Notes: a model not told the origin generated them from the sequence alone. 52,097 nucleotides of DNA from Candidatus Elarobacter sp. (GCA_036498305.1 DASYFS010000512.1:1-52097), one strand, 5' to 3'; positions 1-10,242 are shown, numbered from the stretch's first letter. Program-made: numbers and translations.

Positions 1-1
1 G

Positions 2-148
2 TCAGGCAAGCCGATCGAGTCGGCCAAGGTCGTCGCCGGCGTAGCGACGACCCAGATCGTCGGCATCCACGAAGGCCGTGCCGTCATTCAGTTCAAGCTC
101 GTCGTCGCGCCGCCGACCGTTGCCGCACCGGGGACCGCGCCGAAGTAG
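2..148 (+). CDS. 3' end of a hypothetical protein (partial, runs off the left edge)
   Basis: Open frame SGKPIESAKVVAGVATTQIVGIHEGRAVIQFKLVVAPP...APK ending TAG 146-148, with GC3-rich codons. Confidence 0.6.
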   Translation, partial: SGKPIESAKVVAGVATTQIVGIHEGRAVIQFKLVVAPPTVAAPGTAPK

Positions 149-171
149 CGTTTGCGGGTACGACGCACGAT

Positions 172-699
172 GTGAACGACCAGCTGCAACGCATCAAGGA
201 GCCCGCCAGCCCGCTCGCCGGCCCGTACGGACATCCGTTCCATCCGATCGCGGTAACGCTGCCGATCGGGGCGTGGGTGTCGAGCGCCGTATTCGATATA
301 ATGTCGCGTGCAAGCAGCGAGCCGCGCACATACGCGCGCGGTTCGGCGGACCTGATCAAGACCGGCATCGTCGGCGCGGGCGGTGCAGCGCTGTTCGGTC
401 TCTTGGACTACCTCAAGCTGCCAAAGACGAAGGCCGTCGGCTTGACGGCGACGGCACACATGGTCCTCAACCTGACAACGACCGCGCTGTTCGCGATCAA
501 TCTTGCCGAACGCGAGCGGCGCCTAGCGGATGGCGGCGAGCAGGCGGTCAGCAATCGCGAACTCTGCATGTCGATGCTAGCCATCGTGCTCTTGAGCGGC
601 TCGGGTTGGCTTGGCGGGATGCTCTCCTACCACTACGGCGTGCGCGTCGCCGACGAGACGGTGCAGGCTTCCGGACTTCGGGGTCCGCTCGACGGCTAG
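172..699 (+). CDS. DUF2231-family membrane protein
   Basis: GHPFHPIAVTLPIG motif, several TM helices, H-M-V-L-N segment, GWLGGMLSYHYGV C-terminal motif. Confidence 0.8.
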   Translation: MNDQLQRIKEPASPLAGPYGHPFHPIAVTLPIGAWVSSAVFDIMSRASSEPRTYARGSADLIKTGIVGAGGAALFGLLDYLKLPKTKAVGLTATAHMVLNLTTTALFAINLAERERRLADGGEQAVSNRELCMSMLAIVLLSGSGWLGGMLSYHYGVRVADETVQASGLRGPLDG

Positions 700-1805
700 G
701 GCACCGCAAACGGGGCGCCGATCGCCGGCGGATTCGGCGCGGTCCAAGTCGTGCCGTCGACGAACTCGACGGTCGCCGGCATGATCACGATCCGACCTAC
801 CGCAATCGGATCGCCCTCGGGCCGCTTGTACAGAAACGTGTCGGCGTCGAGTTTGCCGCGCAGGCCCTCACACGCGATGCCGGAGTTCTTGTCGGTGGAC
901 TGCCCGAACGGCCCTTTCGAGTCCAGCGTTTCGACGCCCGCCACGTTCCCTGCGCGGTCGAGGATCGCCAAGTTGACGCGCACGAGCCTCACGTCCCGCG
1001 GATCACGGTTGGCGAACGCCATACAGTACGAGCGCGACCGACCGACGATCCCTTGACCGGCGATCGAGGCGATCGAGTTGATCGCGCCCAGCAGTCCGCT
1101 GCCCAGAGGGCCATACGGCGCGCGGTTTTGGTCGACCCGCTCGAGGGCGAACGCGTCGGTGATCTCAATCGGAGCACCGCGGGCCGGGGCGAAACTTACG
1201 ATCGGCGGCCCGGCGGCGACCGCGAGCGAAAACGGCGGTGCGGCCGGGAGCTCGAGATGATCGCCGAGGTGCGGAACCTGATCGGTGCTGTACGCGGTGC
1301 CGTCCTGGTAGACGATCTCGCGCGCGGAGACGACGATCGCGACGACGTCCGCGGACGGCGCCTTTTTCTTCGCCCGAAACGCGAACTGTGAGCTGTTCGT
1401 CGCGCCGCCCCAACTGCCGATCATTTGGCAATTGCCGTTCGGCGTGTCGACGTTGCGGCGCCCGGCCGAGAATGCGGAGCGTTCGCCGATCGGGAACCTC
1501 CCGCCGGGATACATCGTCTCGACATCGACAACCGTTCCCGACGCGTCCAACAACGCTAAGCTCAAACCGACCTTCGTCGCGAGCGAGGGCCCGTGGTTGA
1601 TGAACGACACGCAAACCACGTCGTGCAACCCGTACGTCCCGTTGACGAGATACGTGGACGCATCGGTGATCTCCAGCGCGGTCGGCCGCGTGGGGTCCGC
1701 AGCGACGATCGGCGGTGCGGCGAGCGCCGGAACGCTGGATGCGGCGAGCATGAATGCGAACAACGTCGCCGCGAAACGGCGCCGGGAACCAGGTGTCACC
1801 ACCAT
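696..1805 (-). CDS. Secreted protein with two tandem homologous Cys-containing domains
   Basis: Signal peptide (RRRFAATLFAFMLAASSVPALA); internal duplication EITDA...C.sF.N...V...LA.LD..G.V..VET...C...DGT. Confidence 0.7.
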   Translation of the reverse strand: MVVTPGSRRRFAATLFAFMLAASSVPALAAPPIVAADPTRPTALEITDASTYLVNGTYGLHDVVCVSFINHGPSLATKVGLSLALLDASGTVVDVETMYPGGRFPIGERSAFSAGRRNVDTPNGNCQMIGSWGGATNSSQFAFRAKKKAPSADVVAIVVSAREIVYQDGTAYSTDQVPHLGDHLELPAAPPFSLAVAAGPPIVSFAPARGAPIEITDAFALERVDQNRAPYGPLGSGLLGAINSIASIAGQGIVGRSRSYCMAFANRDPRDVRLVRVNLAILDRAGNVAGVETLDSKGPFGQSTDKNSGIACEGLRGKLDADTFLYKRPEGDPIAVGRIVIMPATVEFVDGTTWTAPNPPAIGAPFAVP

Positions 1806-1871
1806 GCAACCGCGAGTTAGCGGGCAGGGCGATGGCACCTCCCGGCGCCGCTTCGCGAAACGTGCGCTTCG

Positions 1872-2114
1872 CTAGTGCATGCTGCCGACGCGCATGCCGG
1901 CGTTGACTTCCGCAATCGCCTGGTTCACCAGACGGATGGCCTTCCCGCGATGGCCGCCCTTGTCGGGAGCCGCCGCGATCAACGAAGTGCGCGCCGTCGT
2001 GAGCGCGTCGAGCGCGTTTTGCATGTTCGGCTGTGCGGCGAGAACCGCGACGCCCGAGCCGACGGCGGTGCCGGCGAACAACACGGACGCGAGGAGATAC
2101 GTGCGGAGCTTCAT
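1872..2114 (-). CDS. Small secreted helical protein (QPxM...DKGGHRxxA family)
   Basis: SD GAAAGGA 6 nt before ATG 2114; signal peptide; QPNMQNALDAL...PDKGGHRGKAIRLVNQAIAEV motif. Confidence 0.75.
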   Translation of the reverse strand: MKLRTYLLASVLFAGTAVGSGVAVLAAQPNMQNALDALTTARTSLIAAAPDKGGHRGKAIRLVNQAIAEVNAGMRVGSMH

Positions 2115-2266
2115 GGGCATTCCTTTCAAGACGATGACGTGAGTCCCGATTGATAGCCTGCGGGGCCTCGGTTCAAGAGGCGGACCCTCGCGCCGGGGAG
2201 ATTGCGGACAAGCGCCCGTAACCCTCGGTACGCAGATCATATCTAGCGGCAGGGTACAAGCCGCCT

Positions 2267-2542
2267 ATGGATACGGGACTTCCCGACAACCTCGGGAGCG
2301 GCGGTGAGGCAAAGGCATCCCCGGCCGATGAAGAGATGACGATCGACGTGCCGACCGTGCGCGGCGAAACCGACGAGCGGCGCGAGCCCACCGCGGACCG
2401 AACGATGGACATCGAACTGGGCGCACAGATGGATCCCGACCTGACGACGGACCGCGACCGCGTGCACGTCGGCTTCGGCGAGACGGCGGCGTACGGGGAG
2501 ACCGTCGAAGCGGAGTCGCTGCTCGACGACGATACCGCATAG
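2267..2542 (+). CDS. Small acidic hypothetical protein
   Basis: D/E-rich 91-aa ORF filling the gap before the S46 peptidase; GGGTAC element 9 nt upstream. Confidence 0.6.
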   Translation: MDTGLPDNLGSGGEAKASPADEEMTIDVPTVRGETDERREPTADRTMDIELGAQMDPDLTTDRDRVHVGFGETAAYGETVEAESLLDDDTA

Positions 2543-2578
2543 CGGAACCAATGCCGCTCACGGCCAACCTGGCGTGCC

Positions 2579-4660
2579 GTGCGCATTCGTTCATCGCGTT
2601 TCTTCCGCTGCTTGCTCGCCTCTGTCGTCGCCGTCGCGATGGCGCTCTCGCTGCCGAAGGCCGGATCGGCCGACGAGGGGATGTGGACCTTCGACAACAT
2701 CCCGGCCGCGAAGATCCGCGCAGCGTACGGCACCGCCCCGACGCCGGCGTGGCTCGACCACGTCCGCAAGAGCTCGCTGCGGCTGCCCGGCTGCTCGGGC
2801 TCGTTCATCTCACCGTCGGGTCTCGTGATGTCGAATCATCACTGCGTGCTCGGCTGCGTCGCCGCCCTCTCGCGGCCGGACAACGACGTCACGGCGAGCG
2901 GGTTCTACGCGAAGCGCCCCGAGGACGAGGTGCGCTGCCCCAACTTCACCCTCAGTCAGCTGCAAACGATCACCGACGTCACCAAGACCGTTCGCGCCGC
3001 GACCGCCGGAAAAACCGGCGCCGATGCGAACGCGGCGCTGCGGGCGGTCAGCGCGCGGCTGCGAGAGTCGTGCAGCAGCGCTCCGGCGACGCAATGCGAG
3101 GTCGTCTCGCTGTATCACGGCGGCGTCTACGACCTCTATCGCTACAAGCGCTACGACGACGTGCGTCTCGTCTTCGCGCCGGAGTTTGACGTCGCGCAGT
3201 TCGGCGGCGATCCCGACAACTTCAACTTCCCGCGCTTCGACTTCGACATCGGTCTTCTGCGCGCGTACGAGAACGGCAAGGTCGCCTCGACGCCGGACTA
3301 TCTGCACTGGAGCCGCAATGGTTCGTCCGCCGGCGAGCTCGTCTACGTCCCCGGCAATCCGGGCGGCACGTCGCGCGAGCTGACGGTCTCGCAGCTTGCC
3401 TACGAGCGCGACTACGGGCTCCCGGACGCGATCGCACGAAACGAAGAGCTGCGCGGGCTTCTCGAACAGTACGAGCGCATCGGACCGGAGGAGCAGCGCC
3501 AGGCCGACGAGCGGCTCTTCGGCGTTGAAAACGGCCTCAAGGTTCAGAACGGGCGTCGTCTGGCGCTCGTGGATCCGCAGTTCTTCGGCCGCAAGGTCGC
3601 CGAAGAGCAACGCCTTCGCGACGTGGTCGCCACGCGGCGGGCGCTGCGCGCGGACGCCGCGGCGTGGGCGCAGATCGAGCGCGTACAGCCGCTCGAGCGA
3701 AGCATCGGGCGACGCTACGGGTTCGCCCTCGGCGCGATGCGCGGTCCGCTCGCGACCGCGCTCACGCTCGTGCAGGTCGCCGACGAACGCACGAAGCCGA
3801 ACGCTCAGCGCTTTCCGGAGTTCATCGACAGCGTGCTGCCGATCGTCGCGCGCCGCATGGCGGACCCGACGCCCTATTATCCCCGGCTCGAAGAGGTGCA
3901 GCTCGCATTCGGCCTCTCGAAGCTCCGCGAGGGTCTCGGTACCGACGACCCGCTGGTGAAGTCCTACCTCGGCACGGAGTCGCCCGATGCGCTCGCGCAT
4001 CGCCTGATCGCCGGCACGAAGCTCGGCGACCCGGCGACGCGCACAGCGCTCTACAACGGCGGCAAAGCGGCGATCGACGCATCGACCGATCCGATGATCG
4101 TCTTCGCGCGGCGGCTCGATCCGCAGCTGCGCGCGCTGCGCAAAGACCACGAGGACCGGATCGTCGCGCCGTCACGCATTGCGACCGAACGGATCGCGCA
4201 GGCCCGCTTCGCGGTCTACGGCAAGAGCGTCGACCCCGACGCCACCTTCACGCTGCGGCTCAGCTACGGCGCCGTGAAGGGCTTCCCGACGGAGACCGGC
4301 GTGCAGGTTCAGCCCTACACGACGATCGGCGGGCTCTTCGCGCGCGCGACCGGCGCGCCGCCCTACGTCCTGCCGAAGAGTTGGCTCGACGCGAAGCCGT
4401 CGCTCGACATGTCGACGCCGATGAACCTCTCCACGACCAACGACATCATCGGCGGCAACTCGGGGAGCCCGGTGATCGACGCGCGCGGCGACGTCGTCGG
4501 CCTCGTCTTCGACGGCAACATCTTCTCGCTGGGTGGCAACTACGGATACGATCCGGTGCGCAACCGCGCGATCGCCGTCGACAGCCGCGCGCTGATGGAA
4601 GGCCTGGCGAAGGTGTACCATGCCGACCGCATCGTGTCGGAGGTCACCGCGGCGCGCTGA
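2579..4660 (+). CDS. S46 family dipeptidyl peptidase
   Basis: Signal peptide then DEGMW; GCSGSFIS..GLVMSNHHC; FGGDPDNF; catalytic DIIGGNSGSP; GLVFDGN. Confidence 0.93.
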   Translation: MRIRSSRFFRCLLASVVAVAMALSLPKAGSADEGMWTFDNIPAAKIRAAYGTAPTPAWLDHVRKSSLRLPGCSGSFISPSGLVMSNHHCVLGCVAALSRPDNDVTASGFYAKRPEDEVRCPNFTLSQLQTITDVTKTVRAATAGKTGADANAALRAVSARLRESCSSAPATQCEVVSLYHGGVYDLYRYKRYDDVRLVFAPEFDVAQFGGDPDNFNFPRFDFDIGLLRAYENGKVASTPDYLHWSRNGSSAGELVYVPGNPGGTSRELTVSQLAYERDYGLPDAIARNEELRGLLEQYERIGPEEQRQADERLFGVENGLKVQNGRRLALVDPQFFGRKVAEEQRLRDVVATRRALRADAAAWAQIERVQPLERSIGRRYGFALGAMRGPLATALTLVQVADERTKPNAQRFPEFIDSVLPIVARRMADPTPYYPRLEEVQLAFGLSKLREGLGTDDPLVKSYLGTESPDALAHRLIAGTKLGDPATRTALYNGGKAAIDASTDPMIVFARRLDPQLRALRKDHEDRIVAPSRIATERIAQARFAVYGKSVDPDATFTLRLSYGAVKGFPTETGVQVQPYTTIGGLFARATGAPPYVLPKSWLDAKPSLDMSTPMNLSTTNDIIGGNSGSPVIDARGDVVGLVFDGNIFSLGGNYGYDPVRNRAIAVDSRALMEGLAKVYHADRIVSEVTAAR

Positions 4661-5463
4661 TGCCGATATGCGGGATCGTCGCGCTCGCGGCCGCTGCGGA
4701 GCTGTACGCGCAAGCGGTTCGCACGATGAGCGCGCTCCCGCAGCCACCCTACGTCTCTTTTCGACTCCAGGGCGAGGGCGAGGGTCTGCACGTCGGGCTC
4801 ACCGTCGACGCCCAGCGCGCCGTGTGGCTGCTGATCCAGTCGGGACCCGGGTCGGCGTCGTGGACGCTGCGCCACCGCACGTACGACTATCAAAGCGAGA
4901 TCGTCGACGAGGTCGGACGCCGGTACGTCTCGGGCCGTTCGTTCTTCGACCCGACCTGGTACGGCGCGTTGCGCGCGCTTCGCCTGGGGATGCTCGACGC
5001 CCAAGATCCGGCGCCGCCGCGGGCGACGCCTGGTCCGGCGACGCCCGCACCGACCGGCAACCTCACCACGATCGGTGCCGTGCAGGTGATCGGGCCGTCC
5101 GTCTACACCGTCGAGGATCGCGGCGAGAAGAGCTGCCCGAGCGGGAGCCCGGGGCACGCGCTCCACCTCGTCTCGAGGCAGCGCGATCCGCTGCACCAGC
5201 TCTCCGACGTCATCGTCGAGCTGCCGTCGATGCGTTTCTGCATGATGCGCTTCGGCGCGCCGTCGTCGATGTCGGGCTTTCGCGGCCACGTCGAACAGCA
5301 CTATGCCGAGGTCGGCGGTTACTGGATCGAAACCGACGGCCTGCTCGACGGCACGTTCCGCGTCCTCGGGATCGCGGTCAATGGCGGCGTGTGGCGCTAC
5401 CGGCTGCTCGACCTTACCTTTCCGCCCACGATCCCACCCGACGCGTTCGAAGGCGGTCCTTAG
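4660..5463 (+). CDS. Hypothetical exported beta-rich protein
   Basis: ATG overlaps the peptidase TGA (TGATG); short hydrophobic N-terminus, PPYVSFR motif, C-terminal Y..V..YW...FP. Confidence 0.65.
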   Translation: MPICGIVALAAAAELYAQAVRTMSALPQPPYVSFRLQGEGEGLHVGLTVDAQRAVWLLIQSGPGSASWTLRHRTYDYQSEIVDEVGRRYVSGRSFFDPTWYGALRALRLGMLDAQDPAPPRATPGPATPAPTGNLTTIGAVQVIGPSVYTVEDRGEKSCPSGSPGHALHLVSRQRDPLHQLSDVIVELPSMRFCMMRFGAPSSMSGFRGHVEQHYAEVGGYWIETDGLLDGTFRVLGIAVNGGVWRYRLLDLTFPPTIPPDAFEGGP

Positions 5464-5813
5464 CTCGGCTTGCGCTGATGGATCCCGAACTTGTTGCCTT
5501 CGGGATCGGTCACGAACGCGCTGCGGCACATCGGGTTGTCGTAGATGTCGGTCACGGGAATGCCCAGGCCGATCAGCCGGTTGCGTTCAGCGTCGACATC
5601 GTCGACTTCGAACGTCGCGCTGAACGACGTGCCGGGCATGATCCCCAGCGGCGTGCCGTCGCCGAGGCCGAAGGTGATGCCGCCCACGTCGAACTCGGTC
5701 CAATGATCGCTGACAAGACCGTCTTCTTTGAGTCCAATCGTGTCACGATAGAATGCGCGCGCCTTAGGGATGTCGCGTACGGAATAGGCGATGAACGCCA
5801 TCTCTTTCACCAT
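5460..5813 (-). CDS. VOC/glyoxalase family protein
   Basis: FIAYSVRDIPKARAFYRDTIGL...FEVDDVD...FVTDPEGNKFGIHQ. Confidence 0.88.
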   Translation of the reverse strand: MVKEMAFIAYSVRDIPKARAFYRDTIGLKEDGLVSDHWTEFDVGGITFGLGDGTPLGIMPGTSFSATFEVDDVDAERNRLIGLGIPVTDIYDNPMCRSAFVTDPEGNKFGIHQRKPS

Positions 5814-5848
5814 GCTCGTCACGTACCCAACGGACGATGCGGTTTCCC

Positions 5849-7846
5849 CTAGCGCGGCGCGAGCGTGGTGTGCCGTTGGATCGCGCCGCGCAGGTTGGCG
5901 AGCTGCACCGGCTTGGCCAGATAGCCGTCCATCCCGGCGGCGAGACACGCTTCGCGATCGCCCTCCATCGCGTTCGCGGTCATCGCGACGATCGTGACGT
6001 GCCGTCCGGATTGCGCCTCGGCGGCGCGGATCGCGCGCGTGGCGGCGAAGCCGTCGACCTCGGGCATCTCGCAGTCCATCAGCACGAGATCGAAGTGGCC
6101 GCCGGCGACCGCGGCGATCGCCTCACGCCCGTTCTCCGCCGTCTGCGTGCGCTCCGCGCAGCCCAGCTTGCGCAGCTGGCGCAGCGTTAGGTTGCGGTTC
6201 ACCGCGTTGTCGTCGACGATCAGCACCGACAGCGGCGCCAACAGCGGCAGCCCGCTCTCGGCCGCATCGGGGGCGGCCGGCATCACCGCCGCCTCGAGCG
6301 GCACGACGAACCGGAACGTCGTGCCGGCGCCGACAACGCTGTCGAAGGTCAGCTCGCCGCCCATCAGATCGACGAGGTGTTTTGCGATCGAGAGGCCGAG
6401 CCCGGAGCCGCCGTACCGCCGTGTGGTCGCGGCGTCGGCCTGACGGAACGGCTCGAAGAGAGACGGCCCCAACTCCGGGGCGATCCCCGGCCCCGTATCG
6501 CTCACCGTGAACTGCACGATCGCCGTGCGTTCGTCGACGATCCCGGCGACCGAGACGTCCACCGAGACGCCGCCGCGCTCGGTGAACTTCACCGCGTTGC
6601 CGACCAGGTTCAACAGCACTTGGCGAACGCGATGGGCGTCGCCGAGGACGGCGGGCGGAACGTTCGGCGCGACCGAGGCGATCAGCGTGATGCCCTTGAC
6701 GCGCGCCGTCGCGGTGAGGATGTCGGCGACGACCTCCACCGCCGCACCGGGCGAGAACGGCGCGCGTTCGAGCACGATGCCGCCCGCCTCGATCTTCGAG
6801 AAGTCGAGGATGTCGTTGATCACGTCGACGAGCGCTTCTGCCGAGTCACGTACGGTTCGCGCGTACTCGCGCGCCTCCGTGGTAAGCGGCGTCTCGAGCA
6901 TGAGCTCGGAGAGCCCGACGACGGCGTGGATCGGCGTGCGCAGCTCGTGGCTCATCGTCGCCAGGAACCGCGACTTGACGGCAGCCGCCTCCGAGATCAT
7001 GCTGATCAGCCGTCCCGTCTGCTGCAGCAACGTCGCCAGCACCGTGCTGGAGGCAACGATAGCGAGCACGCGGCCGAGATACCAGCCCACGGTATAGCGT
7101 TCGCCGGCGAGCATCATCAGCAGCGTCTCGAACGCGAAGCCGCAGCACCCGACGGCCAGCCACAGCGAGACGACGTTGCCGCGGCGCGCGTAGAACCCGA
7201 CCAGCCCGCCGCTCAGCATCGCGATCGCGATCGCCAGCGGGCCGGCCGGGAGCAGCGGATGATACGTCCGGCCGTGCTGCATCTGCGGGAGATACCGGCC
7301 GGCGACCAGCGCGAAGGCGATCGCGCCGGCGGCGAGCAGCAGCGTCCCCAGCATCCACGGCCACAGCGTGATGCGCTTTTGCGGCACCACCGCGCGCGCT
7401 TCGCCGACGCTCAGCACCGCATAGGCGAGCGCCGTGACCGCGAACCCGATATGCCAGATCGTCCACATCCACGCCGCCGCTTCGGAGCCGACGCTCACAC
7501 CGGGCGCCGTCCAGTTGTCGGGGAAGACGACGGTGTGCGCGATCGCCGTCAGACCGGTGAACGTGTAGCCGCACGCGAGCGCGGCGAGCGAGGGCAGACG
7601 AGCGGCGGCGGCATCGCGGAAGAGCAGGTACGCGGTGATCAGATCGATCACGACGATCAGCGCGCCGGTCGCGGCGATGAACGACGGCGCCGCCGGCAGC
7701 TCGACGCGCAGATACGGCAGCGCGGCCAGCGCGATCGCGGTCAGCACCGCCGCGAGAGCATACGCCACGTTGCGCTGGCGGCGCGACACGGGAAACGTTG
7801 AGAGGCTCACCGGCAAGCCAGCACGGCGGCCGGGATCGGCCGACAT
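5849..7846 (-). CDS. MASE4-type membrane hybrid sensor histidine kinase/response regulator
   Basis: About 7 TM helices (WTIWHIGF, RYTVGWYLGR); H-box FLATMSHELRTP; N-box NLVGNAVKFT; G boxes DTGPGI, GSGLGL; receiver LIVDDN...DLVLMDCEMP...KP. Confidence 0.9.
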   Translation of the reverse strand: MSADPGRRAGLPVSLSTFPVSRRQRNVAYALAAVLTAIALAALPYLRVELPAAPSFIAATGALIVVIDLITAYLLFRDAAAARLPSLAALACGYTFTGLTAIAHTVVFPDNWTAPGVSVGSEAAAWMWTIWHIGFAVTALAYAVLSVGEARAVVPQKRITLWPWMLGTLLLAAGAIAFALVAGRYLPQMQHGRTYHPLLPAGPLAIAIAMLSGGLVGFYARRGNVVSLWLAVGCCGFAFETLLMMLAGERYTVGWYLGRVLAIVASSTVLATLLQQTGRLISMISEAAAVKSRFLATMSHELRTPIHAVVGLSELMLETPLTTEAREYARTVRDSAEALVDVINDILDFSKIEAGGIVLERAPFSPGAAVEVVADILTATARVKGITLIASVAPNVPPAVLGDAHRVRQVLLNLVGNAVKFTERGGVSVDVSVAGIVDERTAIVQFTVSDTGPGIAPELGPSLFEPFRQADAATTRRYGGSGLGLSIAKHLVDLMGGELTFDSVVGAGTTFRFVVPLEAAVMPAAPDAAESGLPLLAPLSVLIVDDNAVNRNLTLRQLRKLGCAERTQTAENGREAIAAVAGGHFDLVLMDCEMPEVDGFAATRAIRAAEAQSGRHVTIVAMTANAMEGDREACLAAGMDGYLAKPVQLANLRGAIQRHTTLAPR

Positions 7847-7928
7847 CGCACATTCGCGTTCGGGCTCGCCGCCCGGAAACTTTTGCCGGGCGCCAGGCAG
7901 CACCAAGACTTTACAGAACCGGCGCGCG

Positions 7929-8738
7929 ATGGTGCTCCGCTCGCTCGTCGCGGCTGTCCTGCTCTTCATGCCGACCGTCGCCGCGCAGGCGCAGCCGCCC
8001 TCGCCGGTGCCGGACGTCGCCGCGGCGCGCTCGGAGCTGGCACCGAACGGCCGCATGCGCGTCGCGATCGCGATCAGCACGATCGGCGGCGCCTACTGGT
8101 CAACCAACGACGGCGGCGCGCCCAGCGGCGTCCCCGTCGACCTCGGCCGCGAGCTCGCGCGGCGCCTCGGCGTCCCCGTCGACTTCGTCGCCTACCAGAA
8201 CTCGGGCCAAATTACGGACGCGGCCGCGCGCCGCGAGTGGGACGTCACCTTCGTCCCGATGGACGACACGCGCGCAAAGCTGATCCATTTCGGCCCGGTG
8301 TACAATGCCGTCGACGCCACGTACATCGTCCGCGCCGGACTCGATGCGTCGACGGCCGCGGAGCTCGACCGTCCCGGGATCATGATCGCCGCCGTCGCCG
8401 ACACGACGACGATGCGCAGCGCGGTGCGCTCGTTGAAAAACGCGAAGGTCGTCGGGTACGCGAGCGTCGACGAGATCGTCGCGCTGTTGGGGAGCGGCAA
8501 GGTCGACGCCTTCGCGGGCTCTCGCTCCACGCTCGCGCCGCTGTCGGCGCGGCTCCCGGGTACGCACGTTCTCCCCGGGTCATTCCAGCAAACCCGCGCG
8601 GCAATCGCGGTCCCCAACGGCCGCCCGCAGGCTTGGTCCTACGCGGCGGCGTTCATGACCGACGCCATGCAGCACGGCTTCCTTCGCACCGCTCTCGACC
8701 AGCACGGCCTGCGGGAGATGCCGATCCCGGCGCCCTGA
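7929..8738 (+). CDS. Periplasmic substrate-binding protein (family 3-like), orphan
   Basis: Signal peptide; ELAPNGRMRVAI, GVPVDLGRELARRLGV, ELDRPG motifs. Confidence 0.82.
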   Translation: MVLRSLVAAVLLFMPTVAAQAQPPSPVPDVAAARSELAPNGRMRVAIAISTIGGAYWSTNDGGAPSGVPVDLGRELARRLGVPVDFVAYQNSGQITDAAARREWDVTFVPMDDTRAKLIHFGPVYNAVDATYIVRAGLDASTAAELDRPGIMIAAVADTTTMRSAVRSLKNAKVVGYASVDEIVALLGSGKVDAFAGSRSTLAPLSARLPGTHVLPGSFQQTRAAIAVPNGRPQAWSYAAAFMTDAMQHGFLRTALDQHGLREMPIPAP

Positions 8739-8750
8739 CCGTTCACGTCG

Positions 8751-9020
8751 CTACGAGGCGAACCGGCGCAGCGAGCGCTCGCGGGCCTTGCGCGCTTCTT
8801 CTTCCCGGTTCTTCGGCGTGGCAGTTGTCTCGAGCGCATGCAACAGCCGCGCGGCCGCGCCGGCGATCTCCTCGACCGCCAAGTCGAACGGCGCTTCGTT
8901 GGCCTTCGACGGTTTCGCGAAGCCGCTGATCTTGCGGACGAACTGAAGCGAGGCGGCCCGGATCTCGTCGTCGCCGACCGGCGGCTCGAAGTTGTGGAGC
9001 GGCTTGATGTTCCGGCACAT
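8751..9020 (-). CDS. DUF2277 family protein
   Basis: MCRNIKPLHNFEPP...EIRAASLQFVRKISGF..PSKANE signature. Confidence 0.88.
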   Translation of the reverse strand: MCRNIKPLHNFEPPVGDDEIRAASLQFVRKISGFAKPSKANEAPFDLAVEEIAGAAARLLHALETTATPKNREEEARKARERSLRRFAS

Positions 9021-9085
9021 GCAACGGTCATACTCGCACGGCGGGGCGGGCACCCGCTGCTCCACAGCTTCACGGAGGGTGTGCG

Positions 9086-9595
9086 GTGCAGCGAAACGAC
9101 CCGCGTCACGGCGAGCGCGGCTTCACGTTGATCGAGCTGATGATCGTCGTCGCGATCATCGCGATTCTCGCGGGGATTCTGATCCCGAACTTCGTCAACG
9201 CACGCTCGCAGGCGCAGACGGCGGCGTGCGAGTCGAACCTGCGCGCGATCGCGACCTCGCTTGAGCTCTACTACGCGGACAATCAGGTCTACCCGACCGC
9301 GTCGGGTGCGGCGGTCCAGCCGTCGCTGCTTACCGCCAACGGCGTCGCGTACCTCAACAACACGCCGAAGGACCCGGCGGCGCAGACGAGCACGGCGACG
9401 TACTCGCTGACGACGACCCAAGCCGCCAGCGGGAACGCGGCGACGTACACGATCACCTGCCCCGGCGGTCACGTCGGCTCGACGCTGGCGAAGATCCCGC
9501 TCACCGGCGGCACGAGCGGATCGGTCTGCGGGACCAACTGCACGGCCTCCAAGATCGAGTACATCGCCGGCCAAGGGCTGCAGGCGGCGCCGTGA
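9086..9595 (+). CDS. Type IV pilin / GspG-like pseudopilin
   Basis: SD GGAGGG; class III signal RG|FTLIELMIVVAIIAILAGILIPNF; SLELYYADNQVYP and YL...PKDP motifs; four Cys. Confidence 0.92.
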   Translation: MQRNDPRHGERGFTLIELMIVVAIIAILAGILIPNFVNARSQAQTAACESNLRAIATSLELYYADNQVYPTASGAAVQPSLLTANGVAYLNNTPKDPAAQTSTATYSLTTTQAASGNAATYTITCPGGHVGSTLAKIPLTGGTSGSVCGTNCTASKIEYIAGQGLQAAP

Positions 9596-10242
9596 TCGAC
9601 CCTGCCGGCGCGGCGCTGCGCGCGGTCACCGGCGGGAGCGGCTGGGCGTATCCGCTGCTCTTCGCCGCGGGCCTGTTCGGCAGCATCGGGCCGTGCGTCG
9701 CGCCGCGCTACGTCGCCGTCGCGGCGCTCGTCGCGAACGCGCGCCGTCCGTTCGCCGTGACGGCGTTGTTCGTACTCGGCGTCGTCGCGGCGTACGTTGC
9801 GCTCGGTACCGTGGCGGGCGCGATCGGAACGCTGCTCGTGTGGTCGACCGCGCTGTACACCTCGCTCTCCGCCGTGCTGATCGTTGCAGGCGTCGTCACG
9901 CTCGTGCGCGCCGCACCGCACCGGCACGGACACGATGCCGCGAAGGTCCCCGTCACCGCAGGCGGGACATTTCTGCTCGGCGCGGCGACGGCGCTCGTCG
10001 TCTCACCCTGCTGCACGCCGCTGCTTGCCGCAATCGCGGGCCTCACGATCCTGGGCGGCCGTGCGGCGGCGGGCGCGTCGCTGCTCGCCGCGTTCGCGAT
10101 CGGCCACACGACGCCGCTGCTGATTGCGGCGACCGGCGCGCGCCTCCCGCTGCTCCGGCGCCTCGGCACGAGCGCCGTCCCCGCCATCGTCGCCGGGACG
10201 CTGCTGATCGCGCTCGGCGGTTACTACGGAGCGCTGGCGTGA
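9592..10242 (+). CDS. ccdA: CcdA/DsbD-type transmembrane thiol-disulfide transporter
   Basis: About 6 TM helices; AGLFGSIGPCVAP and FLLG...SPCCTPLL Cys motifs; GTGA overlap with the pilin stop. Confidence 0.8.
   Translation: MIDPAGAALRAVTGGSGWAYPLLFAAGLFGSIGPCVAPRYVAVAALVANARRPFAVTALFVLGVVAAYVALGTVAGAIGTLLVWSTALYTSLSAVLIVAGVVTLVRAAPHRHGHDAAKVPVTAGGTFLLGAATALVVSPCCTPLLAAIAGLTILGGRAAAGASLLAAFAIGHTTPLLIAATGARLPLLRRLGTSAVPAIVAGTLLIALGGYYGALA

Noticed and set aside
9086-9595. Electrically conductive (e-)pilin linked to cytochrome biogenesis
   Set aside because: Only about 9 F/Y plus 1 H in about 157 mature residues, with long aromatic-free gaps; no CxxCH cytochromes or heme lyase in the window.
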